From NCBI GenBank assembly GCA_010909165.1, contig MU008188.1, positions 372,001-436,000 on the forward strand: DNA of 64,000 bases, in the 5' to 3' direction. The DNA comes from Anthoceros angustus (lineage: Eukaryota > Plantae > Anthocerotophyta). Below, one piece after another: positions 14,601 to 27,714 of this stretch (positions are counted from its first letter, which is position 1; every line of letters begins with the position of its first letter). The notes below the pieces were generated by a model. That model was given only the letters and a program-made list of their open reading frames with translations, did not search any database and was not told the DNA's origin. Both the position numbers and the translations under genes were made by a program.

Positions 14601-17600
14601 ACGTCAGATACAGTACATCGTGTAGCTCAAGTACAACTGCATTTGCAGGCAGACAACTTACTTTCACAATGAAGGGCAGTATAGCAGAACTACATGAGAA
14701 TCCCTCCTTAACTAGTCCAGCAAGAGCACAACATCCAGCATATTGCAAGCGTGCCTTCAAACCTTCGTCCGGTAAAGGGGTACCATTACTATCAATCACA
14801 TAACCTGCTCTAACTGGCATAGAAGCACCACTATCCCCTTTCAGACAGCCTGCACAGCTCTTCCCACAAGGGCAAGAGTCCGGCACTGCAGTCGAAGCCT
14901 TGTCCTGACAGTCCAGATAGGCAGGAGATGTAAATAGAGCAGTACACTGTATCTCTGTCTCTACACCTTCAAGGACGAGACCAAATCTTGTAATGTCTTG
15001 TTGCCTCCAGCCACTGGCACGTTCCAAGACAATCAGAACTGCACATATTGCACCTACACTAATGAATTCCTTCCGCCAGATAGAATCATGTCCGGCCATG
15101 TGACCAATAAGGAGGCAGACTTGGGCCTGCATTTCCATTGCCGATTCTTTATTACACGAGTCCCTTAAGAGCCGTCTAAGTAGTTCAATAGCAAACGGAG
15201 GGCCACCACATCCAGGGCTTGCAATAAGTCCAGTGCGGAAGAGGCCCAGCTGAGCACCACCATCTAGTACAAGTTTTTCCAGATCAGAGGTCCAGGAATC
15301 CTGGTTTCCTGTAATGCACAAAGATTCTTGACCAGGTTCGGCACCAATGGCTTCTGGAACTCTTACTCCCTCTCTGTAAATATGTGTTAGGCCAACTACC
15401 AAGGATCCAGTTGCTGAGCCTGACTTCCTCCTCCGACTGCAGCGACCTGTGACCCCTGGAGTGTTCCTGTAGATAGCAGCATTCCAAAGGGCATCAAATT
15501 CAGGTTGCAGTCGTGAATCTAACCCAAGAGCATGTAGACCATCAATTTGTACTTGATTGTCCTCATCATAGCGATCTAGAGCAGCAAGGATAATGTCAGC
15601 TCCTCCTGCTGCTGCAATAGCCAGCTGTGCCTGCATACTGTAGCAACAGACTGTTGTCAAGACACAACAAGCCTGCTGCACAACTTTCCTCCTCTGGAGA
15701 GCACTGCCCCCAGAGGTCAGTGACTTCTGCATGGACCCAAGGATTGCCCTGGCGCCACATCCACCCAAGCAGAAAACTTCTTCAATCTCGCGCACAGTTG
15801 CAGCAAACACACAAGCACTGTAGAGGGCTTGCAGTGCCAGACATGTCACATCTGGCCTGTTTTGGTTCGTCCAATGAACAACAAGGTCAACCAGCTGGGA
15901 AACTCCCGCTTCACCTTCACCCCTGCACAGAAGAACAAGCTTGAGACCAACAAGAACACTGCATGCATACTTCTCTTGCTAGTGACAGACTACTTTCACG
16001 TCGTGCTCCCGAAGAGCTCAAACATACCAATTGAAATTGTTAACCTACCAAGCTCTTGACTTGTACTCTTCGCGATCACTCTCAATTCCAGGCCAAACTC
16101 TTGACTTGTACTCCTCACGATCACACTCGGATCCAGGTTTGAATAAGTGAACATTCTCCCAGGTCAGGTACAGACTAACAAGAGCATGACATGCCCAGAT
16201 AACAGTCTCTGCATCATCCAACTTGTAAAGAACTGTCCTAATGGCAAGGATTGCATTTTTCACAGACATCGGAAATCCCACTCTTTCTGCTATCTTGGCC
16301 ATTGATTCGGTGGCCTCCTGCCAGGCCTTCATATCTCGAACAGCCTGTTGCTGTGACACTGCACTCACTGCAATAGCATCTTTGTGGACATCTTTGAGCT
16401 CACTCTGATCTCCTAGATTCCACAGTTCGGAAGCAAGTGCGGCATCATTTGTCAGCTCCTTCTCCCTGCATTTGTACTGCTGAAGTAATTTGTCCAGACA
16501 AGACTGTTCGTCAGTTGCAGAATGCCGGGTGCTAGTTACGGCCAAAGATTGTGTCCAAAAGGACAACGCTTCTAGAGTAGCACCCTTATCTTCCTCACTG
16601 AAAGACTGCAACTCATCTCTTTCAAACATATGCCGGCGCTGGCTCCAAAGCAGACTTTCCCATGATATGTCTGCAAGGCCACGGTGATAGGAAGGATTGG
16701 TGGATTGAAAGGATTCAAGAAAATCTGTTCCCGTCGACAGAAATTTCCCAATTGCACCTTCAGAGTTCCTGGTTAGGTGTCCAAATACATCCCCAATGGC
16801 ACCCAGTGCTGCACACCAGCTCTGTCTGACTGAAGCAAAAGAATGATTTGAATTTTGGGATCTTGTGCACATGGGTTTGCTTGATGGAGGCTTTGAAACA
16901 TTTTTTTGCAGACCAGGTGCACCTTTTGACTGAACCTGATTTGCGGTTGTCCCATTGTATGAAAGTGCCATGGTTCCTGAGATCATGCACATTGCTGAAG
17001 TTGCTTGGGAAAGGATGAGGTTCGCAAGAGCATCTGAGGGCGAAGGGACCACACTTGTTGCCAAAGATGGGGGTGGTGAGCCCAAGACATCTGCCTTCAC
17101 ACATGGAGCTGGTCTCTCGGACGTTGCAGTTGGGCCTCTACCTGGACTGGATGCTGGAGACAAGCAAGCATCCAATAAGCTCAAGCATGAATGACCTGAA
17201 GACATCTCGTCTCCTGTAAAATCTGTTGTTGAATCAGGGAGTGAGCTTGAAGGCAGAACAGGAGAAGGGCCCCCTCCTTGAGGAGTACAAGGATTGGGGT
17301 ACAAAGATGACCTGGGTGTGACAGAGGACAGATCAGATTCTCCAGAAAAAGTTGGATCACCTGCAGTTCCCCTGGGTGAAGCTGGAGACACTGATGAGCT
17401 GGAGGTTGCAGGGACGGGAGACGGAACAGCTGACGCAGCCATTGCTGCAGATAAGCTGGCTTCAAGCCCCATTGAAACTGGTGTCAGGCGTTTCGCATAA
17501 TGTACATAGGCGAGAAAAGCTTGTTGAAGGACAGCACATCCCCACACCTGGACAGTCTCCACTTTCTGGAACTCGCGCATGGCTGCCATCGTGACCTCAA

Positions 17601-20600
17601 CCGCAGCATTCATTCTCTCCACATCATCCACCACATCCTTACCCGGGAATGTGCTTGGCACTAACTGACCAGCAATAGTTCCTTGCAGTCCAGAACCATT
17701 TCCGGGAATTTGAGACTCTGCTGACAAAAGCCTAGTTCTAGAAGACTGCTCGCTCTGGACCTCGACAGGCTTGCTATTACTAAGGGGCATACCTGGTGAG
17801 GGGGACATTCCAGAGGCTGACATGCCTGACTGAAAAGTCTCACCCGACCCCTTCAATATACATCCAAGTGCAAATGTGCCATTACTCTGTAGAGATTTTG
17901 ATTTGCTGAAGGTTTTCATTGCAGTGACAACTGCCCACAAAGCTGCCCACCATTCATCAGGAGTTGTAGGGGCCCCACCTTTTCTCTCACTTCGGGTGCT
18001 ATTAGAAGCCAACTTCTTGCTATTTCCCGCTGAGGTCTTGGAGATGTTAACAGACCCCTCTGCACAGAAAGCAGCTGACCTGTTCAGGTCGTCCCCAACA
18101 ACAATCGGCAAAATGAGAGGTCCCACTTCGTGCCCATTCTCTGCCAATGTCCTAGCCATCGTACCAAGGACATTGCAACCTTCCTGCTGAATCATCTCAT
18201 TCATCCGGCAAACAGACATTGCTCCAATTACTGCAGCAACTGCTCCATTTCTCACCATATTGGTGACACTCTTGATGCCTGCACTATGCACTAGAGTCCA
18301 AAGCGTGCTGCAACCATGCCACTGTATTCTTACATCCTCAGGAAAGGCTGTCATTGCAGAATACAGTGCTCTGACGCCAGCCTCTCTGTCAGCATCCCTT
18401 GATGCTCGAAGAGGACGCTTGCCTGTTCCCCACTCTGGCACACCAAGACCAGTACGGGTGCAAAGCACTTGTAGAGCACCACAGCCAGCCCTCTGCAACT
18501 CCAACATGTCTCACACCCTCAGTCCATGCAGGTAAAGAGTGCAAGTTCACGAGGTACCAATCAACAACAAAACCCAAAGCTCCCAAGAACACAAACTGAT
18601 CTGCAGACATTTTCAATACATGGCAGTAGGCATGGTTGATACACTGGAGTGCCTAAAGTTGTCCCAAAAAATGTATTCACCTGAACCATGAGGTTAGTTC
18701 GATGATGATCCATGGAGATTGTGATGGCAGCCCAAGCTGCATGGCCTGTGGCAGCACTGACTGCCCTTGTGAGAGAGCCAAGAGCCATGCAACTTTCTGC
18801 CTGCATCTCAGCATCACTTACAAACTCACGCATTGCAGCTATGATGAATGCAAATGCATCATCACAGACATACTTTGAGTTTGTTGAAGAGAGGTGGGCT
18901 GAGAGGGCTCGAAGAGCTGGAGAAGCACAAGGGAGAAAGAGACCAGGTCAGAAGCAGGCGGAGTGAAAGAGAAAGGCACATTCGCAGCATATGTGAAATT
19001 ATGATGATAACGAAAATAGCAGTAAAGCTAAATCAATCACGTGACAGTGCAGCCTGATTAACACAGCATCATGGAGGCATTGCTCCTCCCTGTTCTACCT
19101 GCATGACCTTTACAACTTCACATCCACCTGCTTACCGGCCTGGGTAGAATGTGCCTCAATGTCACATGCTTGCATAGCATGCAGCACAGCTTTAACAGCC
19201 TTCTCCGCCAGCATTGGTACGGTTGCAGCATATGCAACTGCAGCAAGGGCAGAGATTGAGCTCGCTGCAGACTCAGACGCGAATCCATTGCAAAAAGATG
19301 ATGACAATCCACCACTTTTGCTAGTGCCTGCACTTACAGCTGCCGCAGCATAACTGCCAATCCGCGAAGATTTCAATGCAGCTTTGATGGAGCTGTGATC
19401 CGGGTCTGCTGCAACCGAGTGATCAGCTGAAGTGACCAACTGAGGGCCATTCTGAGTCCCTTGGGGCTTAATGGGCCCACATGCACTGTCGGGTTTCCCT
19501 GCCTTTGCGACACTTCCTTTAGAAGTATCTTTTCCAGAAGATATGAAGGGTCCAATGTTACCAGCTACTGAGCTGGAGGCCTCCCCTGCGGAGGAAGAAC
19601 GATCGCTGCTACTCGGCGGCAAGATGCTCCCAAGGCAGTCCAAACACCAGGTCAGTAGGGTGACATGCTCTTTGAGAACCTGAATCATGTCCACGAAAGC
19701 CTCCGTGAGTGCAACATAGACTTCCGCAGATAATGCCTTGCCCTTTTTCCCACCTGCCACCCCCGTAACAGCTGCCATCTTCCCACCTGTTCTAGTAGCT
19801 TTACCTCTCAATGCAGAGGCGGCTAACTTGTCAAGGGCATTGCAGCCAGCAGCTACAACATCAGATAGACCCACCGACTTTGCCAAAGAGAAAGCATCGA
19901 TCCCATCTCGTTGCCTCTCTTCTGGCGGAGAGCTATTTCTGCCTGCTGACGAGCTTGACTCTCTCCTCTGCTCTTGATCTCTGTCACCCTGCTTCCGGTT
20001 CTTGGCTTTCTTGCTCACCAAGGACGGTTCACCGGTGCTCTCAAGCTCAGCCGCGGTGGACAGCTCCTCCTCATCCTCCCTGTTCACCACACAGAGCGGA
20101 GCACCTGGAGCAACTGCCTGATCAGATAAGCCGACTCCATGAAAAATGCTTTTACCTTTGCTGCCGAGCTCCTCCTTCTTCACCTCGGCCAATCGAGAGT
20201 GCTGGCCATCTCCTTGGACGGCATGAAGCAACTCCTCATCGTCATCATCAACATAATGCATGCTTGCAACCCCTAGGCTAGTTTGGTCTCTACCGTCATC
20301 ACTTCCTCCAGCTGTAGTAAAACCATGACCTGCCTCTGCCTGCACACCAGAACCTGCCCCTCCGGCCCTGTGTGACCCAAGATCCATCTCCTCCCACTGC
20401 ACATGCGCAGAGGGGCAGAGACCCTTGGCCGGTGCTGCACAGCTGGCCGCTAGAGTCGGCTGGGAAGACGAAAATTTGGAATTGTGGGTGTGCCCAGAAT
20501 GCGAGTTCCCTTGGCAGCGGCACACAGGCAGCCTGGCCCTGTCGTCAGGAACCCTGGAGGAGGTGAAGAGAGGCGGGTGCAATGGCAGAATACCGCCATT

Positions 20601-22192
20601 GGGTGGTCCCAGAGACTCGGGGCCAGCAAGAGCTGGCACAAGCTCGCCATCTGCGAAGAGGGAGAGCTGGGTGGAGGAAGCAGCAGCAGTTGCAGAGTGC
20701 GGCGCTTGCGCCAGTTGCAGCCCGTTGTGAATTGGTGCGGCAGGCAGAGTGGTGGTGAGACCGGCACGGGCCTTGGCAAACGCCGAAATCCAGGTCCCGG
20801 TCCCGGTCCCGGATGCAACAGCAGCGCCGGAGCTGGAGCAGGCGGAAATAGGGATGTCCGAGGAAACCGTTGCAGCAGCAGTAGCAGGCACATTGGAGGG
20901 CGCGGTCGCAGCAGCAACCTCCGGAGCCGAGGAGGAGAAGACAGGAGAAGCGGTCGTCGGCGCAGACGCAGCGGCAGGAGTAGCAGCATCCAGAGGTACG
21001 ACACATTGCTCCTGAGCAGCACCCAGAGGCGCAGCAATGCGATTGTCCTGAAGCCCATCTCGGTCCCGGTCCCGGTCCCGGTCTCGGTCTCGGTCTCGGT
21101 CTCGGTCCCGGGCCTGCATCTTGTGCATGAGCGACCTCCTGGATCCAACCTTGAGCGCCAGGCGGCCCTTGATGATCACCAGGCGGTCCTGCGGCGGGGC
21201 TCCCGGCCCCGGCCCCCCGGCCTTGACATGCAGCGCAGAGCGAAGGCCGAGCGGATCGGGCCGCGCCGAGAAGGGCGCGATCTCGGAAGAATCCTCCTCC
21301 TCCTCCAGCTCCCCGGACGTGCGCTGCCGCTTCCGCCTGGATTCGTTGGAGGAGCTGCTGGCGATGGCGGAGGAAGAAGTAGGGAGGAGGCCTCGTCCGG
21401 GAGCAGGGAAGCAGCAGCAGAAGCGGGGCAGGCAGGAGGAGGAGGAGGAGGAGGAGGCGGGGAGGCAGCGGGGCGGGGAGGAGGAGGAGGCGAGGAGATC
21501 CTGGACAGCCCCGATCTGGCGGGCTTGAGGGTCCTGGTGGGCTTCTGCAGGCCGTGCCAGCGGAAGTGGCGCACCGCGGACGCGATGAGGCGAGCTCCAT
21601 TGGCGGACACGATGAGCGCCACGGAGGGAGGCGAATGCGAGCAATCCGCAAGCTCCTGCAGCACCCGCTCGGCCACGTCCGCGTCTCCCCCCTTCACCGC
21701 CTCCTGCAGGCCCTTGACGTACTCGTAGAGCGCATCCTGCTGGGCCGCCGTGGGTTCCCCGGAATTGCACCTGCTGGGGGCCGCCGGCTCTGATGCTGCA
21801 GGACAGGAGGAGGAGAGGGGCGCGGATTCCGTCAGCGGCGCCGAGGTGGTGCTGCTGGCGGCGGCGGTGATGCTGGCGGCAGCAGACACAGAGGGGAAAG
21901 GGGAAGGGGAAGGGGAGGCACAAGACATTGCGGCTACAGGATTTTCCTTTTCCCCGGCCCTGGAGCTGGAAGAGGGCAGATTGGGGTTGGGGACAGCAGG
22001 CGAGGGCGGGAGGCCGGAGGAGGAGGTGGAAGCAGGGCGGGAGGCGGAGGAGGATGCCAGCAGCGCGGCATGGTAGATGGAGGAGCTGCTGCTGATGCCG
22101 CCGCTGCCGCTGTTGCTGCTGTTGCCGTTGGTGGTGCTGCGGGTGTGACTCCGCCGGCCGACGCTTCTGGAAGAGGAGGAGCGCGTCGGCAT
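11683..22192 (-). CDS. Very large (about 3000+ aa) multi-exon protein: TFIIS-N-like helical segment, low-complexity region, ARM repeats, ankyrin repeats, PAM2-like motif, C-terminal C3HC4 RING; putative E3 ligase
   Basis: Long collinear minus-strand ORFs at 21176-22192, 19110-21380, 18561-18950, 16045-18507, 14599-15849 and 11683-14433, separated by short intron-sized gaps. Ankyrin GKSLPHLAAEAGD..NGRTALWFA; RING CCICFDLPKDAALIPCGHRMCKGC..CPIC. Apparent 1-bp frameshift near 21383. Confidence 0.75.
16053..16128. repeat. 45-bp tandem duplication in coding sequence (DREEYKSRxW x2)
   Basis: ctcttgacttgtactc occurs at 16053 and 16098. Confidence 0.85.
21057..21110. repeat. Hexamer microsatellite (CCCGGT/CTCGGT)n encoding an RD dipeptide run
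   Basis: Directly visible; translates as RDRDRDRD... in the long minus-strand frame. Confidence 0.9.
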
Positions 22193-22304
22193 GTCGCCCA
22201 GGCTGCGCGACCGCCTTTGCCTTCGCCTGGGTCGGCCCGAGCTGGGCTGGAACCTGCAACCTGCAACCTGCAGCCTGCAGGCCTGGGCTGGCCTGCCTGC
22301 CCGA

Positions 22305-22428
22305 GCCCCTTCCCTTCCTACCGTCTTCTCTTCTCTTCCCTTCCCTTCCCTTCGCGCGCGCGCGCGCGCTCTTCTAGATATCTAGCTAAAACGATAGCTT
22401 GTGTGTGTGTGTGTGTGTCTGTGTGTGT
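22305..22428. repeat. Polypyrimidine tract, (CG)8 and (GT)n upstream of the giant gene
   Basis: ttccc/ttctc repeats at 22305-22352, cgcgcgcgcgcgcgcgc at 22353-22369, (gt)n at 22400-22428. Confidence 0.9.
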
Positions 22429-23017
22429 TTTGAGAGCAAGTACACATAGTAGCCTAGCCCCCAGCCACTGCACATGCCTATCTCATTTATGCCGCTGCGG
22501 CTGCCCAAAAACGAATGGCTACCTACGTAATATACGTATGTACATATCTAGGTATACCTGTGAGTGTATTCCATATTCCAGAACGTGGGTACCCTGCCGA
22601 TACGGTTCATATACGTATACCGTATGGATGCACAACATGGAGACGAATACCTACACACATTCCAGATATTTTCAAAATGAACGCACGTTTTACAAGCAAA
22701 CCCAGGACCTGGACTATTAGGGCTAGATGCCTACCTAGTCAACACAGCGTTAACACACCTTGCCGTTTGATTTTTGTCTTCGCCTTGCTCTTGGGAGCTT
22801 CACCAGCACATTCCCGCTCCACACATCCTGACCGACAAACAACATGACTACACCAGACTAGACTAGACTGGACTCGACTAGATAGGTCTACATGCAGCCC
22901 TACGTTGCAGCAGAGCGTGCAGATAATTTTCAATTTCCCCATCATACAGCCTGCAACTCCGCAAATGCGCCAGACGTTGCCACAGCTACTGCCACCTAAC
23001 CCTAAACTAACACTAGC

Positions 23018-26000
23018 TTAGCTTGTCCACTGCGCCAACACCTGCTGCAACACTCGGGACACTGCCCCCATGTTCTGCGATGGGATGCGATGCGATGCGA
23101 TGTGATGCGATACCGACGCTCTGCTCTGCTCTGCTCTGCTCTGCTCTGCTCGCTTCATCCACCCCCTACGACGATTCCTTATCAACACACTGCAAGTCGT
23201 AAATCTGCCGAATGCTGCCCGACGCTGCGCAACCGAGACAAACAAACCCTGACAGTCAGTGCACAGGCTTGTTTAACACTCGGCGCGCTACTCAAGGGCC
23301 TTCGCCTTACCGTAAAGCCAGTCCCTGAAGTAACTGTGCAGGACGTTGGAAAGGTCCCGCTTCTTGCTGTCCTCCAACGGCAGGCTCCTCAGGGCCTGCC
23401 TCAAACTCTCCACGGACTTCGCCTGCAATGCACATTCGCGTACGGTCATACTCCACTCGGACAGACAACTAGCAATCCAGCAGCATCCGCACTTGCAACG
23501 CCACCTCGCTTACCCTGTGCTGCTGTGCAAGCAGGTAAGGCTTGGGCAAAAGAAAAGGGTTAGCTCTCGTCAGAAGCTGGTGCTGAGGATCAACTTCGCA
23601 CCATCTGGGAACCTGCCAGCAAAATAAATGGAATCGATCTCAACCTACATGGCCTGCAACAATAATGCCTACACCCGCCAAGCCAGCCGTCATCGGTTGA
23701 AATCGAAGTACCACAGAGTGCCGCACCATGAAGTTCAAAAATTTCTCTGGTTGAAGGAGAGTAGCGCCCTCAGCTTGTGCATCCGCAACCCCAGCAGGAT
23801 GAGAAACCGAGTCATGGGGATCCACCACTCCCAGCGTCAACAACCTGTCCCATCTATTAACTGTGGGATCCACACCGACTTGTGCCAGATGAGCTTCCAA
23901 CCTGGGGTAAAATGTGTTGTACGGTGCCACCTGTTTTCAAGCACACAACAAGCATACAAATTCAGAAACAACAGTGTAAGAAAAAGAACTCTCGCCTGTA
24001 ACCGCCAGCAGGCAGACTCAATCAACACTTCTCCTGTCTGCTTCAACGCAGTGTGTTCGACGAATAAAAACCACAAATGGGAGACATCGGGCAAACAGAC
24101 GAGGACCTCGTCTTACATCTATAATTTAACCCTGTCAAAGATCAACTATGTACCTGGTGCAAGTTTAGGCTCTCAATACCTGGAGATTATGGTTGTCACC
24201 AATAACCAAAGGCCTTTGATTAACCCCCAGGTAAAATAGGCATTCTCGACAGTTAGCAATGCAAACACGTGCACTTGGCACTATGAGCTGCACCCTTTCA
24301 CAATGCTCAATTCTCACCACCTGCTCACAATTAGCGGCCAGCACATTAAGTGAGTGGTTTGGCTACAGGGTCATGTGAGAAAGCAGCATGGCATCATCAC
24401 AGGTCGATGCTTCGCTCACTTTTCCGATAGGGCCCAGCACAACAATGGAGTCCGAGCAGCCAAAGACGGACGCATATTTCAGGGGTGCCAATAAATAGAC
24501 GACAGAGTCGTGGCAGTGGGAAACCTGTGTAATGCCAGCATATGTATAAATGAGGACCACCATAAGGGAAGGAAACAAACATCCAAGAAACTTCTGCTGA
24601 GCTCCCAAAGAATAACCACCATCATGAAAATGTAGGTAATACGCAGATCTTTTCTCTTACGATGGCAGCCTGTCCTCTAAAGTCGGCTTCCTCTTTCAGA
24701 AAAGAGGCCCTTGTTACACCTTCTACAACAGTAAATCCACCGAGACGGGGTTCCTTGCGCAGCTGAAACGGGCCGTTCATGGTTGCACCGCCAGTAGGCG
24801 TTGCAGGCGAGGAAGTAGAGGAGACAGAACATGCATCCACCATAGCAACATCTGGTTCTGTGGAAGCAGCATCTGTAGGACCATTTTCTCTTTCTCTGGT
24901 GAGCAACTTGTCCCGGACATGGAGTGACGGAGAACATATATGTTGCAGTATCCATTCCAAGGCTTGGGCAAGAGGTACAGGAGCTGCAGGCATATCTGGG
25001 TCTGAGTTTGCAAAGAATGGGGCAGCTTGACTGAGAGGCAGGACATCCAGAGTAGCATCCCTAGCTTGAAGAAGGAAACCGAGAAGCTTAAATTTCTCCA
25101 CAGATATTACCTACATAGGAAAGGCAGGCACGTGGAGGTTGAGGTGCAAGAGCATTAGCAAGGTTGCAAGGGTCCCCTAGTTTGCAGCATCGTCCAGCAG
25201 TTAGTGGGCAATGAGAGTGCCGAAAAGAAAGACTACCTACGTAAAAAGCGAGGGCAGGGCAAGCAGCAGTGCAAATCACACCTTAGCATCAACCTCGCCT
25301 TCGTCCGTGGCCTCCGCCAACAAGGCAAGCAGAGATGGCAGATGCTTCTGCAGAAAAGATAACTGGTGTGCCTCTTCCTCGGCCTGCCCGGGCATCCATC
25401 TCCGCGAGTGCGGGCCTGGTCTCGTCTGCAACATAGGATGCGGCGGAAGCTCCTAGTAAGGATGCAAATGAGAGACCGGCGGAGATGAAGAAGGTGGTGG
25501 GAGTGTGAAGCCACGTACCTGGATGGGCGAGAGCGAGGGGACCAGGCCATCGAAGACGGAATTGGAAGGCCACACATCGGCGACGGTGGCTGCGTCCCTG
25601 TGCGGGCGGGGAGGCAGTCTCCTGTAAGCCTGGATGAAGAGGAAGAGGAGGAGGTAATCGACATCCGCGCCCACAGAGTCAACCTCGGTGGCAGCGGCCC
25701 GAGCCAGAGGATCCAGTTCGGGGCCGCCATCATCTGGCAAGACGGATGCCAAAGTGTCAAGCACCAGGTGGGCATGGACCGGCGGAAGACCTAGAGTAGC
25801 GGCAATGCCAGAGGTGGAGACCCGTCTGCGGAGAGGAGGGGCCGGGAGTGCGGGGGCGGAGGCGGCAGGAGACGGGGCAGCGGCGGCAGCAGCAGCAGCG
25901 GCGGGAGAAGCAGAGGATCTCAAATTAGGGGACAGAATGGATGCATTGCTGAGCGGCGGCCAGTGCGTGTAGGCGACGGCGTGTTCAAGAAGCTTGGCTC

Positions 26001-26187
26001 GGAGGTTCCTGAATGCGGGCACGCCCTCCGCGTGCATGAGGCTGGGCAGCGGGAGCAGGCCATACGTGAAGGGCTCGCGGCGCACGTGCAGCCAGGGCGG
26101 ATCCAGCCCTTGCGAGGTGGAGCATGAGGCTGCTCCAGCACTCATCGTTTTCGTTTCCCTGTCCCTAACCAGATGCTCCTCATTCAC
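23018..26187 (-). CDS. TBCCD1: TBCC domain-containing protein 1 (C-CAP/cofactor C-like), multi-exon
   Basis: REPFTYGLLPLP, HAHLVLDTLASVL, LLLFLFIQAYRRLP..VADVWP, CHDSVVYLLAPLKYASVFGCSDSIVVLG, APYNTFYPRLEAHLAQVGVDP..NRWD, HSYFRDWLY. Last exon is uncertain. Confidence 0.88.
23084..23150. repeat. Pentamer microsatellites (GATGC)n and (CTCTG)n, probably intronic
   Basis: Directly visible. Confidence 0.85.
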
Positions 26188-26716
26188 CAGGCCTCATGCC
26201 TCGCCAGAATTGAGGCAGCCTCGCCCCGCGCCTCATGGCAGGCGCCGGCGCCGGCGCCGGCCGCCTTCTCCCCGACAAGACCCGCACAGAATTGAAGCGG
26301 GTGCGGGATCCGAGGCCGCAACCCAGCAGGAACACAGCAGCAAAGGTCTCCTCACACGCGGAGCAGGCAGAGGAAGGGAAAGAGGGAAGAAGGAAGGAAG
26401 GAAGGAAGGAAATGGAAAGAAGGAAGGAACCAGAAGAGGACAGCAGGAGGAAGAAGGAGAAGCCGAGAAGAGCAGCAGCAGGGGCCAGCAAACAGCAGTA
26501 TCAAAGCAGTGGAGAGCGGCGACAGCAAGTAGTCTAGACTACCATGTAGTGAAATAAAACCCAAGTGCGGGTAAGTATGAGGTTTTATCTATCCAGACTG
26601 GCCAACAAACCTACATAAAATACCTACAACACGGTGAGACCGAGAGGGATATAGAATAAAAAGCTTACCTACGTACCAGCGTACCAGCGCGGCAGCGGGA
26701 GGGGCAGAGATCGGTG

Positions 26717-27541
26717 ATGGCAGCACAGACAGCAGCAGAAGCGGCATCGGCTGCGGCTGCAGCGGCGTATTGGACGGCGGGGCATCCCGCCATCGCTGCA
26801 TTCGAATGGGAGTCCAAGCCATTCGGCTCGTCGCTGCGCTTCCCGCTGCTGGCCGTGCTGGTGTATCTGCTCGCCGTAGGCGTGCTGCGGCTGGTGGTGA
26901 AGAGGCCGGTAGCGCTAGGCCCCTTGCCGGTGTTGCATAATGTGGTGCTCCTGGTGGCGTCCTTCGGCATGTTCGCGGGATGCCTGGGAGCTGCGGTAGC
27001 GGAGCTGGTGGAGGAGGAGGGGAGATGGAGCTGGCTGCTGTGCTATCCGCGGGGCACCCGGGCCCGAGGCAGCCTCTTCTTCTGGTCGTACGTTTATTAT
27101 CTGAGCAAGATTTATGAATTGCTGGACACCGCCATTGTTGTTCTGCGGGGCAAGCCGCTCACCTTCCTGCACGTCTTCCACCACGCCACCGTCATCTTCA
27201 TGTGCTACTTCTGGCTGCAGTACTCGCAGTCGCTGCAGGTGATTGCGCTGCTCACCAACACGGCGGTGCACGTCGTCATGTACTCGTACTACCTGCTGTG
27301 CAGCATGGGCCTCCGCCCGCCCTGGAAGCGCCTGGTGACCGACATCCAGATCGTCCAATTCGTCTTCAGCTTCGTGTCGTCCGTGGGACTTGTTTGGCTG
27401 CACTTCTCTGCTCCCGCTCCCGGCGGCGGCTGTGAAGGCATGTACGCCTGGCTCTTCAATGCCTTCTTCAATCTGGCTCTGCTCATCCTGTTTCGCAACT
27501 TCCACCGCCGGCAGTATGGCCTGAAGAAAAAGGAGATATAG
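26717..27541 (+). CDS. GNS1/SUR4 (ELO) family fatty-acid elongase, HOS3/ELO3-like, intronless
   Basis: YYLSKIYELLDT, LTFLHVFHH (HxxHH motif), HVVMYSYY, TDIQIVQF, basic C-terminus KKKEI. Confidence 0.93.
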   Translation: MAAQTAAEAASAAAAAAYWTAGHPAIAAFEWESKPFGSSLRFPLLAVLVYLLAVGVLRLVVKRPVALGPLPVLHNVVLLVASFGMFAGCLGAAVAELVEEEGRWSWLLCYPRGTRARGSLFFWSYVYYLSKIYELLDTAIVVLRGKPLTFLHVFHHATVIFMCYFWLQYSQSLQVIALLTNTAVHVVMYSYYLLCSMGLRPPWKRLVTDIQIVQFVFSFVSSVGLVWLHFSAPAPGGGCEGMYAWLFNAFFNLALLILFRNFHRRQYGLKKKEI

Positions 27542-27714
27542 AGACTGCTGAGCGACGACATGACATTGATCTGCTAGGACCTGGTTCATTCGAATAGGTA
27601 GGAGCAAGGAAGGAAGGAGGAGCTTGATTCGTTCTATCCTCCGTCACATTCACAAATCTATCGTGAGTTTCACAAGTTCGTTCTTCTTCTTGCTTGCTCG
27701 CTCGTTGCGATCCA

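Noticed and set aside
20484-21728. 414-aa plus-strand ORF and other long overlapping ORFs
   Set aside because: These are shadow frames of GC-rich, low-complexity coding DNA on the minus strand, with no domain features.
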